DNA of 64,000 bases from an uncultured Staphylococcaceae bacterium. Its GTDB lineage: Bacteria > Bacillota_I > Bacilli_A > ML615J-28 > CAG-313. Position numbers and translations under genes: made by a program. How positions within the stretch are numbered: the stretch's first letter is position 1; every line of letters starts with the position of its first letter. Below the pieces are notes generated by a model. The model was not told where the DNA came from and did not search any database. It saw only the letters and a program-made list of their open reading frames with translations. The stretch lies in NCBI GenBank assembly GCA_964541525.1, contig CAZIQF010000005.1, positions 5,114 to 69,113 of the forward strand, written 5' to 3'. Positions 62,136 to 64,000 of this stretch are shown here, in pieces.

Positions 62136-62690
62136 ATGGATATTAAACGATTGGCTAAAAATAGTATTTGTCTAACAATTTTAATTGTTAGTGCGGAGAT
62201 TTCTTTTTTAGTTTCCGAAATCGCTTTTACATTACAATTGCTAGTAGTTTTACTACTAGCATTTATTTTACCGCCGAAAGATGCAACCTTAATTAACATT
62301 ATATATATTATTATGGGACTGATTGGCTTACCTGTCTTCGCCAATTTTACCGGTGGAATTATGTCAGTAGTTAAACCATCGTTTGGCTATCTCCTTGGCT
62401 TTATTTTTGTACCATTAATTAACTATTTAGTAATGAAAATAAAAATCAAAAATGAACTAGTTAAACACTTAATGAGTGGGATAATATCTTGTATAATAAT
62501 TTATATCATCGGTAGTATTTATTTTTATTTAATTCGTAAATTTTATTTTATCAACGAAATAAGTATCAAACAAGTAATTTTAATTTGTGTCGTTCCATTT
62601 ATAATTATTGATTCAATTAAAGTGATTACTGCATCGTTAATCGCGATAAGAATCAAAAAGGAAAATAAAAAAGAATATGAGCATCATTAA
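62136..62690 (+). CDS. bioY: Biotin transporter BioY (ECF S-component)
   Basis: 184 aa, 6 transmembrane helices. ..GLPVFANFTGG.. is a BioY signature region. Confidence 0.8.
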   Translation: MDIKRLAKNSICLTILIVSAEISFLVSEIAFTLQLLVVLLLAFILPPKDATLINIIYIIMGLIGLPVFANFTGGIMSVVKPSFGYLLGFIFVPLINYLVMKIKIKNELVKHLMSGIISCIIIYIIGSIYFYLIRKFYFINEISIKQVILICVVPFIIIDSIKVITASLIAIRIKKENKKEYEHH

Positions 62691-63402
62691 ACTGGAACAA
62701 GTTACATCCACTAATGATTATTTAAAAGAGCATGCATTAAATTTAAATAATTATGATATTTGTATTGCTGATTATCAAACTAAAGGGCGAGGGCGGATGA
62801 ACCGTAATTGGGAATCTGAACCGAAAACTAATTTGATGATGTCAATCTTAATTAAAGATTTGAAAAAACGAACTAATTATTCGAATATTACTTTATTAGT
62901 TGGGTGTGCAGTTCATCAATTCTTGAGTAAATATCTAGAAAAAATTGAAATTAAATGGCCTAATGATTTATTAATTAATCATCAAAAAATCTGTGGGATT
63001 TTAGCAGAAGGACAAACAATTGCTAATAACAAAACCATTTTAATTATCGGTATCGGCATTAATATTAACCAAAAAGAATATAGTCTAGATATTGAGCAAC
63101 ACACAACATCACTCGCAAAAGAAACTAATCAAACCTATAATTTAGATGAACTTACCAAAGAATTATCGACTATTCTTATTCAAAAAATTGATGATTATTT
63201 AGAACTTGATGATTCATTTATCGCATATTTAAGAAAACATTTATATGCAAGAGGAAGCATGATTACTTATGAAGAACAAGGAACTTTAAAAGAAGCTGTT
63301 TTATTAGATGTCGATGAAGAAGGTAATTTAATCATTAATAGTGCTAACACTTTAAAGCGAGTAAAAGCGGGAGAAATCAAAATAATTAGAAATAAAAACT
63401 AA
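62677..63402 (+). CDS. birA: Biotin--protein ligase BirA, class I (no N-terminal HTH)
   Basis: KGRGRMNRNWES motif. 241 aa. Starts directly with the catalytic domain. Confidence 0.85.
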   Translation: MSIIKLEQVTSTNDYLKEHALNLNNYDICIADYQTKGRGRMNRNWESEPKTNLMMSILIKDLKKRTNYSNITLLVGCAVHQFLSKYLEKIEIKWPNDLLINHQKICGILAEGQTIANNKTILIIGIGININQKEYSLDIEQHTTSLAKETNQTYNLDELTKELSTILIQKIDDYLELDDSFIAYLRKHLYARGSMITYEEQGTLKEAVLLDVDEEGNLIINSANTLKRVKAGEIKIIRNKN

Positions 63403-63405
63403 AAA

Positions 63406-63435
63406 GCTAGTACAAATTGATGTACTAGTTTTTTA
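63406..63435 (+). terminator. Rho-independent terminator of birA
   Basis: CTAGTACA-aattga-TGTACTAG followed by TTTTTT. Confidence 0.65.
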
Positions 63436-63490
63436 ATTTGATGTCATAGTTTATGATTAAAAGCTCCAATAAAAAAAAGTATTTACCCTC

Positions 63491-63519
63491 TTGAAAAAAA
63501 ATCACAATTGTGGTACAAT
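63491..63519 (+). promoter_or_regulatory. groES promoter (TTGAAA-17-TGgTACAAT) with an embedded CACAATTGTG palindrome
   Basis: TTGAAA at 63491-63496, 17 bp spacer, TACAAT at 63514-63519 with an extended TG. Perfect 10-bp palindrome at 63503-63512. RBS GGAGGA at 63531. Confidence 0.5.
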
Positions 63520-63544
63520 ATAATAAAATAGGAGGACTATCACT

Positions 63545-63784
63545 ATGATCAAACCTTTAGGTAAAAATGTCTTATTAAAAGTTAAAAATACTCAAAATAC
63601 AATTATTATGATGCCTAATGAACATCATGATTTATATGAAGTTATGGGGCAAGGGGAATTAGTAGAACTAAATTTAGTTGGTAAAGTTGTTTTTGTTAAA
63701 GAAGGACTACAAAAACTAGAATATGAAAATCATCAATACTATGTTGTTGATATCAAAGATATTCTAGCAATTATTGAGGAGTAA
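63545..63784 (+). CDS. groES: Co-chaperonin GroES
   Basis: MIKPLGKNVLLK.. and C-terminal ..DILAIIEE. 79 aa. Followed 6 nt later by groEL. Confidence 0.85.
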   Translation: MIKPLGKNVLLKVKNTQNTIIMMPNEHHDLYEVMGQGELVELNLVGKVVFVKEGLQKLEYENHQYYVVDIKDILAIIEE

Positions 63785-63790
63785 GATAAG

Positions 63791-64000
63791 ATGGCAAATG
63801 ATTTATTATTTGGTTCTAAAGCACGTACGGAAATTGCTTTAGGGATAAAAACATTAAGTGATGCAGTAAGAGTAACACTTGGTCCTCGTGGTAGAAATGT
63901 CATTATTGAACAAGATTTTGGTACACCTTTAATTATTAATGATGGAGTTACGATTGCCAAAAACGTTCAGTTAAAAAATAAATATCAAAATTTGGGAGCT
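63791..64000 (+). CDS. groEL: Chaperonin GroEL (N-terminal fragment, continues beyond the window)
   Basis: ..[47 protein letters not shown].. is the canonical GroEL N-terminus. Confidence 0.9.
   Translation, partial: MANDLLFGSKARTEIALGIKTLSDAVRVTLGPRGRNVIIEQDFGTPLIINDGVTIAKNVQLKNKYQNLGA

Noticed and set aside
63403-63544. CIRCE/HrcA operator upstream of groES
   Set aside because: No match to TTAGCACTC-N9-GAGTGCTAA. Only a short unrelated palindrome is present, and it is reported as a finding.

Overview
Low-GC (~30%) Firmicute chromosomal segment using standard stop codons. It is probably from a small-genome endospore-forming lineage, judged by sporulation markers (yabP/yabQ, Coat-F-like genes, a CwlD-like amidase, a YunB-like protein). 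It is mostly housekeeping: lysS, gap, tdk, tadA, a small SRP RNA, dusB, hflX, the tsaE-tsaB-rimI-tsaD operon, nifU, the start of groES-groEL, two paralogous pairs of heterodimeric ABC exporters, a Na+-translocating oxaloacetate-decarboxylase-type cluster with bioY-birA, and assorted transporters. Accessory or decaying material is limited to three places. A ~1.5 kb insertion carrying a yefM-yoeB toxin-antitoxin module sits between an imperfect duplication of the gap 3' end. A DUF4143-type AAA ATPase pseudogene has homopolymer frameshifts. A frameshifted RhuM/Doc-like gene lies next to degenerate AT-rich DNA. The most unusual locus is 41.3-51.6 kb. In the slot where Bacillus has clpC-radA-disA-yacL-ispD-ispF, this genome has a ClpC-derived protein with an intact first ATPase domain (D1) but a catalytically dead second ATPase domain (D2) that still carries the VGF loop. 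It is followed by a 1452-aa SF1-helicase-like P-loop protein with a huge helical insert, an ankyrin-repeat protein translationally coupled to a membrane CdaA-type diadenylate cyclase, an uncharacterised membrane protein, and a fused IspDF. No CRISPR array, rRNA or tRNA was found. All calls are from reading the sequence and motif recall only.
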